A DNA stretch of 44,195 bases from an uncultured Candidatus Saccharibacteria bacterium. Lineage in GTDB: Bacteria > Patescibacteriota > Minisyncoccia > Phycocordibacterales > UBA2100. This document shows positions 1 through 9,285 of this stretch, piece after piece. Each line of letters opens with the position of its first letter. The first letter of the stretch is position 1. Under the pieces are notes generated by a model. The model was not told the DNA's origin. It saw nothing but the letters and a program-made list of their open reading frames with translations, and did not search any database. The position numbers were made by a program, and so were the translations under genes. The stretch is taken from NCBI GenBank assembly GCA_964362305.1, contig CAYIDY010000004.1, positions 1-44,195 on the forward strand. The letters run 5' to 3'.

Positions 1-117
1 AATGGTGCACAGCAATCGGGCGGAGGCGCGGGTGGTGGCGGAGGTGGTGAAGGCGGGGGCGGGGGCGGCAAACAAGGTGGTGGAGGCTCTGGCGGTGGAG
101 GAGGCGATAGTGGATAA
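1..117 (+). CDS. 3' end of a CDS truncated by the window edge; glycine-rich C-terminal tail
   Basis: Frame 1 is open from nt 1 to TAA 115-117 and reads NGAQQSGGGAGGGGGGEGGGGGGKQGGGGSGGGGGDSG*. The frame-2 track ORF 2..208 overlaps the next gene and looks like a shadow of this GGN-rich stretch. Confidence 0.35.
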   Translation, partial: NGAQQSGGGAGGGGGGEGGGGGGKQGGGGSGGGGGDSG

Positions 118-125
118 TCACGCTC

Positions 126-1151
126 ATGAAAATTTCGCTTGTAACAATTGGAATTTTTGTCGCAGGCTTTTTGGCCGGTGGTCTCATTGTGTTTTTCGTG
201 CCACTTGAAGGCGAAGTACCTCACATTCATTCGCACTCCATATTCACTATGTCTACAGAGAGAGGGGGTAACTATCTCTTTACGAGCCCACTTCTCGACT
301 GCGAAATAAACGAAGAAGGAATGCTTCAAGTTGGTATCGTTCCTTTCGGCAGTAAAATCGAAGCCGTTGTTGACTCTCTTGTTTCTCAAGGGCGGGCTAA
401 TTCTATCGCCGTGTACTACCGCGACCTTAGCAACGGTCCGTGGTTCGGTGTGCAGGAGGAAAAGGCGTACCTCCCCGCAAGCCTTTTAAAGGTTCCGGTC
501 ATGATTGCGTACCTCAAAGCTTCTGAAAAGGACCCTGCCATACTTTCAACACAGATAACGTTTGAAAAAGAAGCCGTCGCACCGGATGGTGGAATACAAA
601 TGATTCCTCCGTCAAAAACACTCGAACTCGGTAAACAATATACTGCCCTCGAGCTTATTGAGTACTCGATTATCTACTCGGACAATCAGGCGGTGCAACT
701 CTTGTATGAAAACATTGATGGTGAGCACATCTTTGATGTGTATCGTCGAATTGGCATAGACACCATGTCTATAGAGCGTCCGGGGGCAGTCTTGTCGCCA
801 CGTGATTATGCCGCCTTCTTCCGCGTGCTTCACAACGCATCATATTTGAGCCGAGAGAATTCGGAGCGTGCACTAGAGATTTTGAGTCGTGTCGAGCAAA
901 AGGCTGGGATTGTCGCGGGCGTGCCTTCAAACACGTTGGTCGCGCACAAATTTGGCGAGGCGGGTTCGCGCGAGGAACTTCTGCAATTTCATGACTGTGG
1001 GATTATCTATCACCCCAAACGTCACTACCTCTTGTGCGTCATGTCGCAAGGGGAAGAGCGGGAACCGCTGATTGAGGCAATCGCTCAGATATCTAAAGCG
1101 GTATGGGATGAAATTGACTCGCAAACACGCGAGGAAGAAAAATCAAAATGA
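126..1151 (+). CDS. Membrane-anchored class A beta-lactamase-like serine hydrolase (penicillin-binding fold)
   Basis: 341-aa ORF with an N-terminal TM helix (ISLVTIGIFVAGFLAGGLIVFF). Motifs by eye: S-x-x-K (ASLLK), S-D-N (YSDNQA) and a KTG-like box (HKFGEAG). Confidence 0.7.
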   Translation: MKISLVTIGIFVAGFLAGGLIVFFVPLEGEVPHIHSHSIFTMSTERGGNYLFTSPLLDCEINEEGMLQVGIVPFGSKIEAVVDSLVSQGRANSIAVYYRDLSNGPWFGVQEEKAYLPASLLKVPVMIAYLKASEKDPAILSTQITFEKEAVAPDGGIQMIPPSKTLELGKQYTALELIEYSIIYSDNQAVQLLYENIDGEHIFDVYRRIGIDTMSIERPGAVLSPRDYAAFFRVLHNASYLSRENSERALEILSRVEQKAGIVAGVPSNTLVAHKFGEAGSREELLQFHDCGIIYHPKRHYLLCVMSQGEEREPLIEAIAQISKAVWDEIDSQTREEEKSK

Positions 1152-1161
1152 CAGCACAAAT

Positions 1162-1746
1162 ATGAGGATGTTCTATAATACACGTATGCGATTTCTTGCT
1201 CTCGGTGGAATAGTGGCAGCACTCGGTTTTAGCGCGTGGTTTTTTTTGGGAGCATCTGAACCCGTAACTCCTTTGATAGTCGCCTCGCAGAGCGCTGCGG
1301 TAAATACACTTACTGATATCGTCACCGAGCCTGCGCCGCCCTTGGGCCCTTTGTATCGCAATCGCCAGTATGGATTCTCGCTGAACATGCCGGAAGGATT
1401 CGTCGCGGCGGAATTGCCGTTCGACGGCACGGGGCAGGCGACCACGCTCCAAGACCAACAAGGCAACGGCATTCAAATTTACATCACGCCGGACGTGGGC
1501 AAAGCGCGCTCAATCTCCGCGCGCGACGTCTCGAGTCAGATTCCCGACATGCAGGTCGTGAACGCGCAGGATGTGGAAATCGGCGACGATTATCGCGGCG
1601 TCGCGTTCATGAGCGACAACGAAGCCTTTGCGGGCGCATCGCGCGAAGTCTGGTTCGTCTTCCGCGGCAACCTGTATCAGATTTCCACCTACGCCCGCCT
1701 CGACCCGCTCCTCCAAGCGATGTTCGGCACGTGGAAATTCGAGTGA
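1162..1746 (+). CDS. Hypothetical membrane-anchored/secreted protein
   Basis: Track ORF 1072..1746 trimmed to the first ATG after the upstream stop (1151). It has an N-terminal hydrophobic segment (FLALGGIVAALGFSAWFFLGA). No family recognised. Confidence 0.55.
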   Translation: MRMFYNTRMRFLALGGIVAALGFSAWFFLGASEPVTPLIVASQSAAVNTLTDIVTEPAPPLGPLYRNRQYGFSLNMPEGFVAAELPFDGTGQATTLQDQQGNGIQIYITPDVGKARSISARDVSSQIPDMQVVNAQDVEIGDDYRGVAFMSDNEAFAGASREVWFVFRGNLYQISTYARLDPLLQAMFGTWKFE

Positions 1747-1747
1747 T

Positions 1748-3880
1748 ATGAGAGGCATAGCCATTCTCACACTTGTACTCACTGGCGGTTTTTCCGGAGT
1801 CCTATTGATGCCACACGCCGCGCATGCCGATATCACCACCGACCTCGTCGCGCGGTGGAAATTCGACGAAGGAACTGGGACAGCCGTAGTTGATTCAACT
1901 GGACATGGCAATGACGCCACATTCGGAAACACTCCGACCTGGGCAGCGGGACAAATCGGCGCAAGTGCCCTCGATTTCGTCCCTTTCGCGCATCTCTTCA
2001 CTACGTATTCAGACACTCCAAACCTACTGACGCTCTCAGCGTGGATATATCCGAGGACGGCAGGCACGAATGACCGAGGCGATATCTTTCATAAGCCAAA
2101 TACATATTATTTTTCCATATGCGATGGAAATGCAGAGTGTAACAGTCTCGCAAACTCGCTCGTGTTTGGTGTTCCGGTATGGGAGGGAACTCCTGGAGGG
2201 TGGTACACCAATGCCGACACTATCGTGATGAACGCATGGAATCATGTCGTCGTCACGTACGATATCACTTCGACGTCCAACGATCCCGTCATGTATATCA
2301 ATGGTGTCGCCGTCACTGTGAACGAATATTCGGCACCAACCGGCACGACATTTCTAATCCCGTATGACATGCGAATAGCAGGCGGTTCCGGCGAATTCAT
2401 CGACGGCACCATAGACGACCTGCGCATCTACCATCGAATTCTAACTGCGGCCGATGTCGCGGAACTGTACGAATACAGGCCGCAAGTCGCCCTCTCCCGC
2501 CCGCCGAACAACCTCGGGCTTCTGGGGTATTGGTCGTTTGATGACGGCACCGGCCTTCTCGCGACTGATTTTTCGGGACGAGGAAATCACGGCACGCTTC
2601 TGAACGACGGGTCCGGCCTTCCGACATGGACAAATGGCAAGAGAAGCAGAGCGCTTCAATTTGCGGCTAGTCAAGTCGATATGGGCGACATCAATGCGAT
2701 GGATGGTCTCTCACGGGTGACTGTCTCTGCCTGGATTAAATCGCCTTCAAGCGGAGCAAATAACGGAGATTACGCGAACATCGCTTCGAAAGCTAGGTGC
2801 GATGGCGATGGGCCATTTGCGCTATTTATCACGGATGGTGGCATCCCTGGATTCGAAGTGCAGGACAATGACGGTGGTGGCGGTGGTGGGGGCTTTGTCA
2901 GCGATTTCGCGACGTTTGTCGATGATGGCAACTGGCATTTCCTTGTGGGCACCTACGATGGGACAGACGCCACAATCTGGATCGATGGCGTTGCAGCGGC
3001 CTCGGCAGGGTTCGTGTTCACGCTCGGGAGCACAGCGTATACCTTTGAGATCGGTGGTGATTGTAACGGGGCATTCCGGTATTACGATGGCACGATAGAT
3101 GAGGTTCGTGTTTATAACCGCGCGCTCGGTGCAACCGAAATCGCCGCGCTTGCACGCGCGGGAGCCGCGCGCATCGGCGCATCATCCGTCGATCTCGCCC
3201 GCGGCTCGTCGCTCGAACAAGGCCTCGTCGGGCATTGGACGATGGACGGCACAGATACGCTCGCGACGATTACCGATCGATCCGGCCAAGGTAATCACGG
3301 ATACTTCATCGGCGGAGCGACGTCGAGCGCGAAGACTATCGGCGTTCTTGGGCAGGCGTTGGATTTTGATGGCAGTTCCAATCATGTCGCACTTGGCGAC
3401 CCTTCACCCCTCAATTTTCAAGGTGATTCGGCACTTTCCGTGACGGGTTGGGTCAAGTTGGATGACACGCAAAACTGGCCAGTTTTAATTGCGAAGCAGG
3501 CCGGTGCTGACCCTACGGGTCAGTACGCTGTTCAGGTTGGAAGCGGCAGCAACAACAAGCCCTCGCTATACTTGAATACAGGATCTTGGAATATGACCGT
3601 AGAGGCCAATGAGGTACTTGCCGCAGGCTCCTGGTACCACATTGCAGCGACGTACGACGGTACGAATTCCCGTATTTATATCAATGGAGCTCTTGATAAC
3701 TCTGCTTCATCGCAGACAGGTCCAATTGACGGCGATGAGTTTGATCCTATTCAGATCGGATTCGCAAATGGCGTCAGAATGAACGGTCTCATCGATGACC
3801 TCCGCGTCTACAACCGCACCCTCACCGCCGCAGAAGTGAAGCAGCTCTACAACCTCGGGCAGGTGAAAATAACGCAATGA
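1748..3880 (+). CDS. Secreted LamG (concanavalin A-like lectin/glucanase) repeat protein, three LamG modules
   Basis: Start trimmed to ATG 1748, giving signal peptide MRGIAILTLVLTGGFSGVLLMPHAAHA. There are three modules, each ending in the LamG-type motif D[DE][LV]R[IV]Y[HN]R.L...E...L. It contains an internal Gly run (DNDGGGGGGGF). Confidence 0.85.
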   Translation: MRGIAILTLVLTGGFSGVLLMPHAAHADITTDLVARWKFDEGTGTAVVDSTGHGNDATFGNTPTWAAGQIGASALDFVPFAHLFTTYSDTPNLLTLSAWIYPRTAGTNDRGDIFHKPNTYYFSICDGNAECNSLANSLVFGVPVWEGTPGGWYTNADTIVMNAWNHVVVTYDITSTSNDPVMYINGVAVTVNEYSAPTGTTFLIPYDMRIAGGSGEFIDGTIDDLRIYHRILTAADVAELYEYRPQVALSRPPNNLGLLGYWSFDDGTGLLATDFSGRGNHGTLLNDGSGLPTWTNGKRSRALQFAASQVDMGDINAMDGLSRVTVSAWIKSPSSGANNGDYANIASKARCDGDGPFALFITDGGIPGFEVQDNDGGGGGGGFVSDFATFVDDGNWHFLVGTYDGTDATIWIDGVAAASAGFVFTLGSTAYTFEIGGDCNGAFRYYDGTIDEVRVYNRALGATEIAALARAGAARIGASSVDLARGSSLEQGLVGHWTMDGTDTLATITDRSGQGNHGYFIGGATSSAKTIGVLGQALDFDGSSNHVALGDPSPLNFQGDSALSVTGWVKLDDTQNWPVLIAKQAGADPTGQYAVQVGSGSNNKPSLYLNTGSWNMTVEANEVLAAGSWYHIAATYDGTNSRIYINGALDNSASSQTGPIDGDEFDPIQIGFANGVRMNGLIDDLRVYNRTLTAAEVKQLYNLGQVKITQ

Positions 3881-3881
3881 T

Positions 3882-6029
3882 ATGAACTTTCTCCGAAATA
3901 CAATGGTGCCCATTGTCACGCTCGCCGCAGCGCTCGTATTCTCGAGCGCCCTCCTCCTCGTGCCGCAGACAGCTGCAGCAGCATACCCGACCGTCGAAGC
4001 GACCGTTGGAGGCGCCGATGAGGATGCCAATACAACGGTCGTCGTCGATTTGCCGGCAGGCATCACCGCCGGCGAGCTTCTCATCATTCATATCGCCTGC
4101 GATTGCTGGGCGGGACAGACTTTGACCACTCCAGCTGGTTGGACAGAAATATTGGGTACCGGCGTATCTGACCTATTTTCGTACACCTACACTAAGACAG
4201 CGTCCGGAAGCGAAGGAAGCTCAGTCAATATTACGGCAAGCGCAATCAATGCGAGTTTTGCACATGTCGCGATGCGTATCAGCGGTTGGACGGGCACGCC
4301 GACGGCAGCCGAGGCAACCGGAGGTCTCACGGTACTAAATCCTCCAAACGTGACTGCGAGCTGGGGTTCCGACGAGAATCTCTTCATCGCGCTCGGATCG
4401 GCGCAAAACAGCACTGATAGCAGTTTCGTCATCACGGCAGCACCGACGAATTATTCTGGCCTTGTCGTCAGTGACACAGCAGTCACGGTCGCTGCCGGGG
4501 CGGCATTCCGTGAACTGACCTCGGCAAGCGACAATCCGGGGACGATGGCCTATTCAGGCGGAAGCCCGAACGAATGGGTCGGAGCCACTATCGTCGTGCA
4601 ACCGGCTGCAGCGGCTGTCGCCCTCTCCCGCCCACCAAACAACCTCGGGCTCGTGGGGTATTGGCCGATGGATGAAGGAAGAGGAACAACTGCCGGCGAT
4701 TTTTCCGGCAATCGGTACGACGCACCATTTGAAGACGAGAGTTCACCGATTTGGACGAACGGCAAGCGTGGCGGGGCGCTGAATTTCACATCGTCATACG
4801 GTCTGATTTCAAGCTACACGAGCGGCGTAAACCGCATTACGGTGTCCGCGTGGATCAACCAGGATTCGGTAGGAAACTTCGGATACGGACGGGTCATAAG
4901 AAAGGGGAGTGAGTTTAGTGTACGCACCTGCGATGGAGCTGCCGAATGTGGGAGCGTGTCCAACTCACTCATATTTACCGCAGGCTTTGACTCCGATTTT
5001 AACAACGGCCATTGGTATACCGATGCGAATACAGTCCCATATGACACTTGGGTCCATGTAGCCGTGACCTTTGATTTTTCAAGCAGCAGCAATGTCCCTA
5101 TTCTTTATATCAACGGAGTCGCCGCGAACCTGAATACCTATGCGGCACCATCTGGCAATCAGAATGGGGCAATCGGGGACCCGCTAACTTTCGGATCGGG
5201 TGGGGGAAGTTCTTTTCCGGGGATCATGGATGAAGTCCGACTGTACAATCGCATACTCGGCCCCACGGAAATCGCCGCGCTCGCACGCGGCGGAGCCGCG
5301 CGCATCGGCGCATCATCCGCCGATCTCGACTCCGGTTCGTCGCTCGAGCAAGGCCTCGTCGGGCACTGGACCTTCGACGGCAAGGATACGAATTGGACAT
5401 CCGACACCGCAGGGACGGTGACGGATATGAGCGGCAGCGGCAACACGGGCACGATGACGAATATGAATCGCAAATTCGCTGTCGATGGCGGCGTCCTCGG
5501 GCAAGGATTGGATTTCGATGGTTCAGATGATTTCATTGATGCGGGCGCCGATGGTTCTTTGGACATCACGGGACAGTTCACACTTGCCGGTTGGATCAAT
5601 TGGGAAGGTACAGGAACTGGTTTCTACCAGACAATAGTCTCTAAAGAAACCAGTGGTGCAGGAACCGACGGATACTATACGTGGTTGGGAAATGATGTTT
5701 CCAATGTTGTAGGATGCGGCGTCAACTCCGGAGCGAGCGAAATAAACTCAGTTACTCCGTTGGTGGCGGGTCGGTGGTACCATGTCGTCTGTATCCACAC
5801 TGCCACGGGTTTGGAACTTTATATAAACGGCGCACTGGCGAATAGCGGCGGGAGTGCAACTGATCCGGCATCGACAGGTGCTTCGTTGCGAATAGGAAAG
5901 ACATTTAATCCGGGATCAGGAACGCACTTCAATGGAAAAGTGGACGATATTCGCGTCTATAACCGTGCGCTCACTCCCGCCGAAGCTAAGCAGCTCTTCA
6001 ACCTCGGGCAGGTGACCATAACGCAATGA
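3882..6029 (+). CDS. Secreted LamG repeat protein (unique ~230-aa N-terminal domain plus two LamG modules)
   Basis: ATG lies 1 nt after the upstream stop. Signal peptide: MNFLRNTMVPIVTLAAALVFSSALLLVPQTAAA. It shares linker and C-terminal cassettes with the flanking paralogues. Confidence 0.85.
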   Translation: MNFLRNTMVPIVTLAAALVFSSALLLVPQTAAAAYPTVEATVGGADEDANTTVVVDLPAGITAGELLIIHIACDCWAGQTLTTPAGWTEILGTGVSDLFSYTYTKTASGSEGSSVNITASAINASFAHVAMRISGWTGTPTAAEATGGLTVLNPPNVTASWGSDENLFIALGSAQNSTDSSFVITAAPTNYSGLVVSDTAVTVAAGAAFRELTSASDNPGTMAYSGGSPNEWVGATIVVQPAAAAVALSRPPNNLGLVGYWPMDEGRGTTAGDFSGNRYDAPFEDESSPIWTNGKRGGALNFTSSYGLISSYTSGVNRITVSAWINQDSVGNFGYGRVIRKGSEFSVRTCDGAAECGSVSNSLIFTAGFDSDFNNGHWYTDANTVPYDTWVHVAVTFDFSSSSNVPILYINGVAANLNTYAAPSGNQNGAIGDPLTFGSGGGSSFPGIMDEVRLYNRILGPTEIAALARGGAARIGASSADLDSGSSLEQGLVGHWTFDGKDTNWTSDTAGTVTDMSGSGNTGTMTNMNRKFAVDGGVLGQGLDFDGSDDFIDAGADGSLDITGQFTLAGWINWEGTGTGFYQTIVSKETSGAGTDGYYTWLGNDVSNVVGCGVNSGASEINSVTPLVAGRWYHVVCIHTATGLELYINGALANSGGSATDPASTGASLRIGKTFNPGSGTHFNGKVDDIRVYNRALTPAEAKQLFNLGQVTITQ

Positions 6030-8578
6030 TTCATATGCGCTCATCTATCATTCTCGCGCTCGGCATCTGGCTCCTCGCTGCCAATCACGTCGCGACGTCT
6101 GATTCGCTGAAAATCGTCGACAGCATCCAAATAGGTGACACGGTGCGCTACGCTTATGTCGGCGAGAAAATGCCCGAGCTGCTGGAAGAGGGCGAGGTAA
6201 AAGAAAAGCGGACTGAATCCTCGTACACGGTCTATCTCGGCAAAGACGAAAACGGCAACGATATGTATCGCACTCGCACCTACTCTCAGCCCACGTTCGT
6301 GCGCGACGGCCCTGCGCTCGCCGTGAGCGGAGGCGAACGATGGCACACAGTGGAATACGGCGAGGATACTCAGGAGAATTTTCTTGCGAAGACGCGGCCG
6401 TCCGTCGCATCGCGCATTGCTCGGGCTATCATCCCGCCGACCTATGCGGTCACCATTTACAGCCACTCGGGCGATGGACATATCGGCGCGTTCGCTGAAG
6501 ATTGGTTCGACACGCGTAATTCCGTCGACGGCATCGTGAACGATGAGGCCGACTGTGTTCCGTCGCCGTGTACAGTCGTCGGTGCGTTCGATGAATTCCC
6601 CCCATACGGCGTCTTCCGAGCATTCGTCCCGTTCGATACTTCATCTATCCCGAGCGGCGCGACGATTGCCGCCGCGAGCCTCAATGTGTACATCACTTTT
6701 CTGCAGAATGACGACAATGACGGCAACGATTTCCTTACCATCGTGCGATCATCACAGGTTAATTACGCTTCGCTCGCGACGACCGATTTCAACAACATAG
6801 CATTCTCCGAAGGTATCGACAGCGGCCAACGCAAGGATCTCACGGGGTTAGCTACGAGCGCCTACCTCTCATTCTCGCTCAATTCGACAGGCATGGGATG
6901 GATCGCGAAGAGCGGACAAGCGAGCAATTGTCATGCATCGACGCTAGGTATCACCTGCCTCGCCGTGCTCGGCGGGAATGATTTCCTCGATCATGCCCCT
7001 GCGCCGGGAGCATTCAACTCGACCGGTTGGTACCCGAGCGAACGCACTGGCACATCGGAAGACCCGTATCTCGATATAACCTACACGGAAGCTGGAGGCG
7101 TCACCCTCGTCCGCCCGCCGAACAACCTCGGGCTCGTGGGGTATTGGAGTTTTGATGATGGGCGGGGAACCATCGCGACGGATTTTTCGGGGAATGGGCA
7201 TACGGGGACACTTGTCGGTTCGCCCGTACCTAGTTGGACTAGTGGCAAACGAGGAAAGGCACTGCGCTTCGACGGCTACAGCGGCAGCAACGATTACGTC
7301 ACGATGGGTGATATAAATGCAACAGACGGGCTCACAACACTATCTATCGCGCACTGGATAAAATCTGCTTCAGTCGGCGCGAATTCTGGTGGTTCGGATT
7401 ATCCGACAACTGTTACAAATAGTAGCTGTAGCGCCGGAGCTGACGGCTCATACGGTTTTCATATAGAATCGAGCGGCGGCAGCGCGAGCCCAGTGTGGTT
7501 CAATGTTGATACGTCAAATGGCGGCAACACAGTATCTAGTGCTACCAACGTCGATGACGGCAACTGGCATCATGTTGTCGGGACGTACGATGGTAGTGAT
7601 ATAAGGCTTTGGATAGACGGAGTTCAAGTTAATTCGACCGTCGTAACAGGTACACTTTCGCCTTCTGTGAATCATCTCGAAGTAGGGGGACATTGCAACG
7701 ATTTTAACGGAAAATTTTACGAAGGTTCTATCGATGAAGTGCGCATCTACAGCCGTGTACTTGGCCAGACCGAAATCGGAGCGCTCATGCGCGGCGGAGC
7801 TGCGCGTCTCGGAGCATCATCTTCCGATCTCGCCCGCGGCTCATCGCTCGAGAGCGGCCTCGTCGGGCACTGGACCTTCGACGGCGGCGATACGAATTGG
7901 ACTTCTGGTACCACAGGAACCACGCTCGATAGGAGCGGCAACGGCAACACCGGCACGATGACCAACATGAGCCAACAGAGCTCGATAACGAGAGGAATCC
8001 TCGGGCAAGGACTCGATTTCGAGCGTGATGCTAACTCACAGCGAGTCCATTTCCCGCTGTTCGGCAGTCTTGTCGATGGCACGAATGACTTGAGTATGTC
8101 GTATTGGATAAATCTCGAGTCATATCAATCCTCAGGAGATTGGGCGAGCGCACCCGAGTTCTTTGGATTTCGCGGGGAAAGGAATTTAGGATGGACTGGT
8201 TCCGAAAGTCCATTTAATCAACTTGCGCTTTGGGTCGAATACACAGTTGGTGGTTGGGTCAACGTTTTCGCTGGGAGTCCCGTCTTTAATCTCGACACGT
8301 GGTACCACATCGTCGCCACATATGACGCATCTTCTGGCTGGGTAATATACGTGAACGGACAGCAGACGGATACGGACAGCTCGTTCGGCGCTATCGATGG
8401 GCCGACCGATGATGACGGAATCGGCGTCTACAACACTCTCGGCGGTACGAGTGGTACCGGCTACGTCAATCGTCATCTCGATGGCAAGATGGACGACGTC
8501 CGCATCTACAACCGCACTCTCACCCCGGCGGAAGCAAAGCAGCTCTACAACCTCGGCAAAGTCCGCATCGTTCAGTAG
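6026..8578 (+). CDS. Secreted LamG repeat protein (unique ~370-aa N-terminal domain plus two LamG modules)
   Basis: ATGA start/stop overlap with the upstream gene; an alternative start is ATG 6035. It has a hydrophobic leader (SSIILALGIWLLAANHVA) and the same linker and C-terminal motifs as the two upstream paralogues. Confidence 0.85.
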   Translation: MIHMRSSIILALGIWLLAANHVATSDSLKIVDSIQIGDTVRYAYVGEKMPELLEEGEVKEKRTESSYTVYLGKDENGNDMYRTRTYSQPTFVRDGPALAVSGGERWHTVEYGEDTQENFLAKTRPSVASRIARAIIPPTYAVTIYSHSGDGHIGAFAEDWFDTRNSVDGIVNDEADCVPSPCTVVGAFDEFPPYGVFRAFVPFDTSSIPSGATIAAASLNVYITFLQNDDNDGNDFLTIVRSSQVNYASLATTDFNNIAFSEGIDSGQRKDLTGLATSAYLSFSLNSTGMGWIAKSGQASNCHASTLGITCLAVLGGNDFLDHAPAPGAFNSTGWYPSERTGTSEDPYLDITYTEAGGVTLVRPPNNLGLVGYWSFDDGRGTIATDFSGNGHTGTLVGSPVPSWTSGKRGKALRFDGYSGSNDYVTMGDINATDGLTTLSIAHWIKSASVGANSGGSDYPTTVTNSSCSAGADGSYGFHIESSGGSASPVWFNVDTSNGGNTVSSATNVDDGNWHHVVGTYDGSDIRLWIDGVQVNSTVVTGTLSPSVNHLEVGGHCNDFNGKFYEGSIDEVRIYSRVLGQTEIGALMRGGAARLGASSSDLARGSSLESGLVGHWTFDGGDTNWTSGTTGTTLDRSGNGNTGTMTNMSQQSSITRGILGQGLDFERDANSQRVHFPLFGSLVDGTNDLSMSYWINLESYQSSGDWASAPEFFGFRGERNLGWTGSESPFNQLALWVEYTVGGWVNVFAGSPVFNLDTWYHIVATYDASSGWVIYVNGQQTDTDSSFGAIDGPTDDDGIGVYNTLGGTSGTGYVNRHLDGKMDDVRIYNRTLTPAEAKQLYNLGKVRIVQ

Positions 8579-9020
8579 GGAAGAGGCGCGTGCTCACACT
8601 GCTTGATTTTCAAAAAAATTGTTAACGCACGTATCCAGTTCAGAGAGAGTTAGTACTTACAAATAACACGCGTCCGGCAGCGCGATTGAGGCGAGTGCAA
8701 AGCAGTGCCGCGCAATGAATCCAAGCAGACCGAACCTTCGCTGCATACATACGCACGGCATCTACAAAGTCTCCGTATGTGAAAAGGAAAGAAAGCCTTG
8801 CAGCTCCAAAGTGCGCATCAGGGGCAAATCCTGTACCTAAAAGAGTCGACAGCCTGAAAGCAACAAAATGGTCGCCAAAAGACCCAACATAGGGGCAGAA
8901 AAAGGCCTTTCCTCGATGAAAAATCAAGGAAACCACAGTAAACACCCCATCCTTGTCAAAAAAATAACATGCGCCTAGCGCCCATAAATACCCAAATACC
9001 CCCAAAACCCCCATCCTATT

Positions 9021-9056
9021 CAAGGCTAAGCCTTGCTTTTGCAAGGCTTAGCCTTG
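9021..9056. repeat. Two tandem 15-bp palindromes (CAAGGCTAAGCCTTG / CAAGGCTTAGCCTTG) separated by 6 bp; together they also form a perfect 15-bp-stem hairpin
   Basis: Read directly from the sequence. Each unit is self-complementary around a central A/T, and the units are reverse complements of each other. Centre-to-centre spacing is 21 bp. Confidence 0.8.
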
Positions 9057-9285
9057 GAAAATAAGCCAAAAAATGGCTATCCACAGAATAAATGAAAAAT
9101 GTGCGGCAAAAAGTGCTAAAAGTACGTAGAATGAGAATGTTCCGGAAGGGAGTAAGGGACCTAAAATTAAGAAAAGGGCCGAAATCGCAAAAAAGACATG
9201 AAAAGGGAACAGAAGACACAAGATTTTTCTAGAAATTTGGGCGTAGTTTTTATTGTCTTGCGGAAATTTCGGAAAAAAAGTATGT

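Noticed and set aside
1093-8476. Numerous 60-150-aa ORFs antisense to or out of frame with the beta-lactamase-like and LamG genes (for example 1093..1476 -, 3707..4087 -, 5159..5599 -, 6041..6481 -, 7747..8082 -)
   Set aside because: They lie entirely within long ORFs that have clear domain signatures. They have Arg/Pro/Ala-rich compositions typical of shadow frames in GC-rich coding DNA and no start context.
1748-8578. Possibility that the repeated LamG cassettes are template/variable repeats of a diversity-generating retroelement
   Set aside because: Mismatches between cassette copies are not adenine-specific; manual comparison of 3137-3250 with 5268-5381 shows T/C, C/G and G/C changes. 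There is also no reverse transcriptase gene in the window.
8640-9219. Minus-strand ORFs 8640..9044 and 9016..9219 as real genes
   Set aside because: They have no recognisable motifs, odd Phe/Cys/Leu-rich composition, no promoter or RBS context, and the second spans the tandem palindrome. The region is kept only as a note in the findings.
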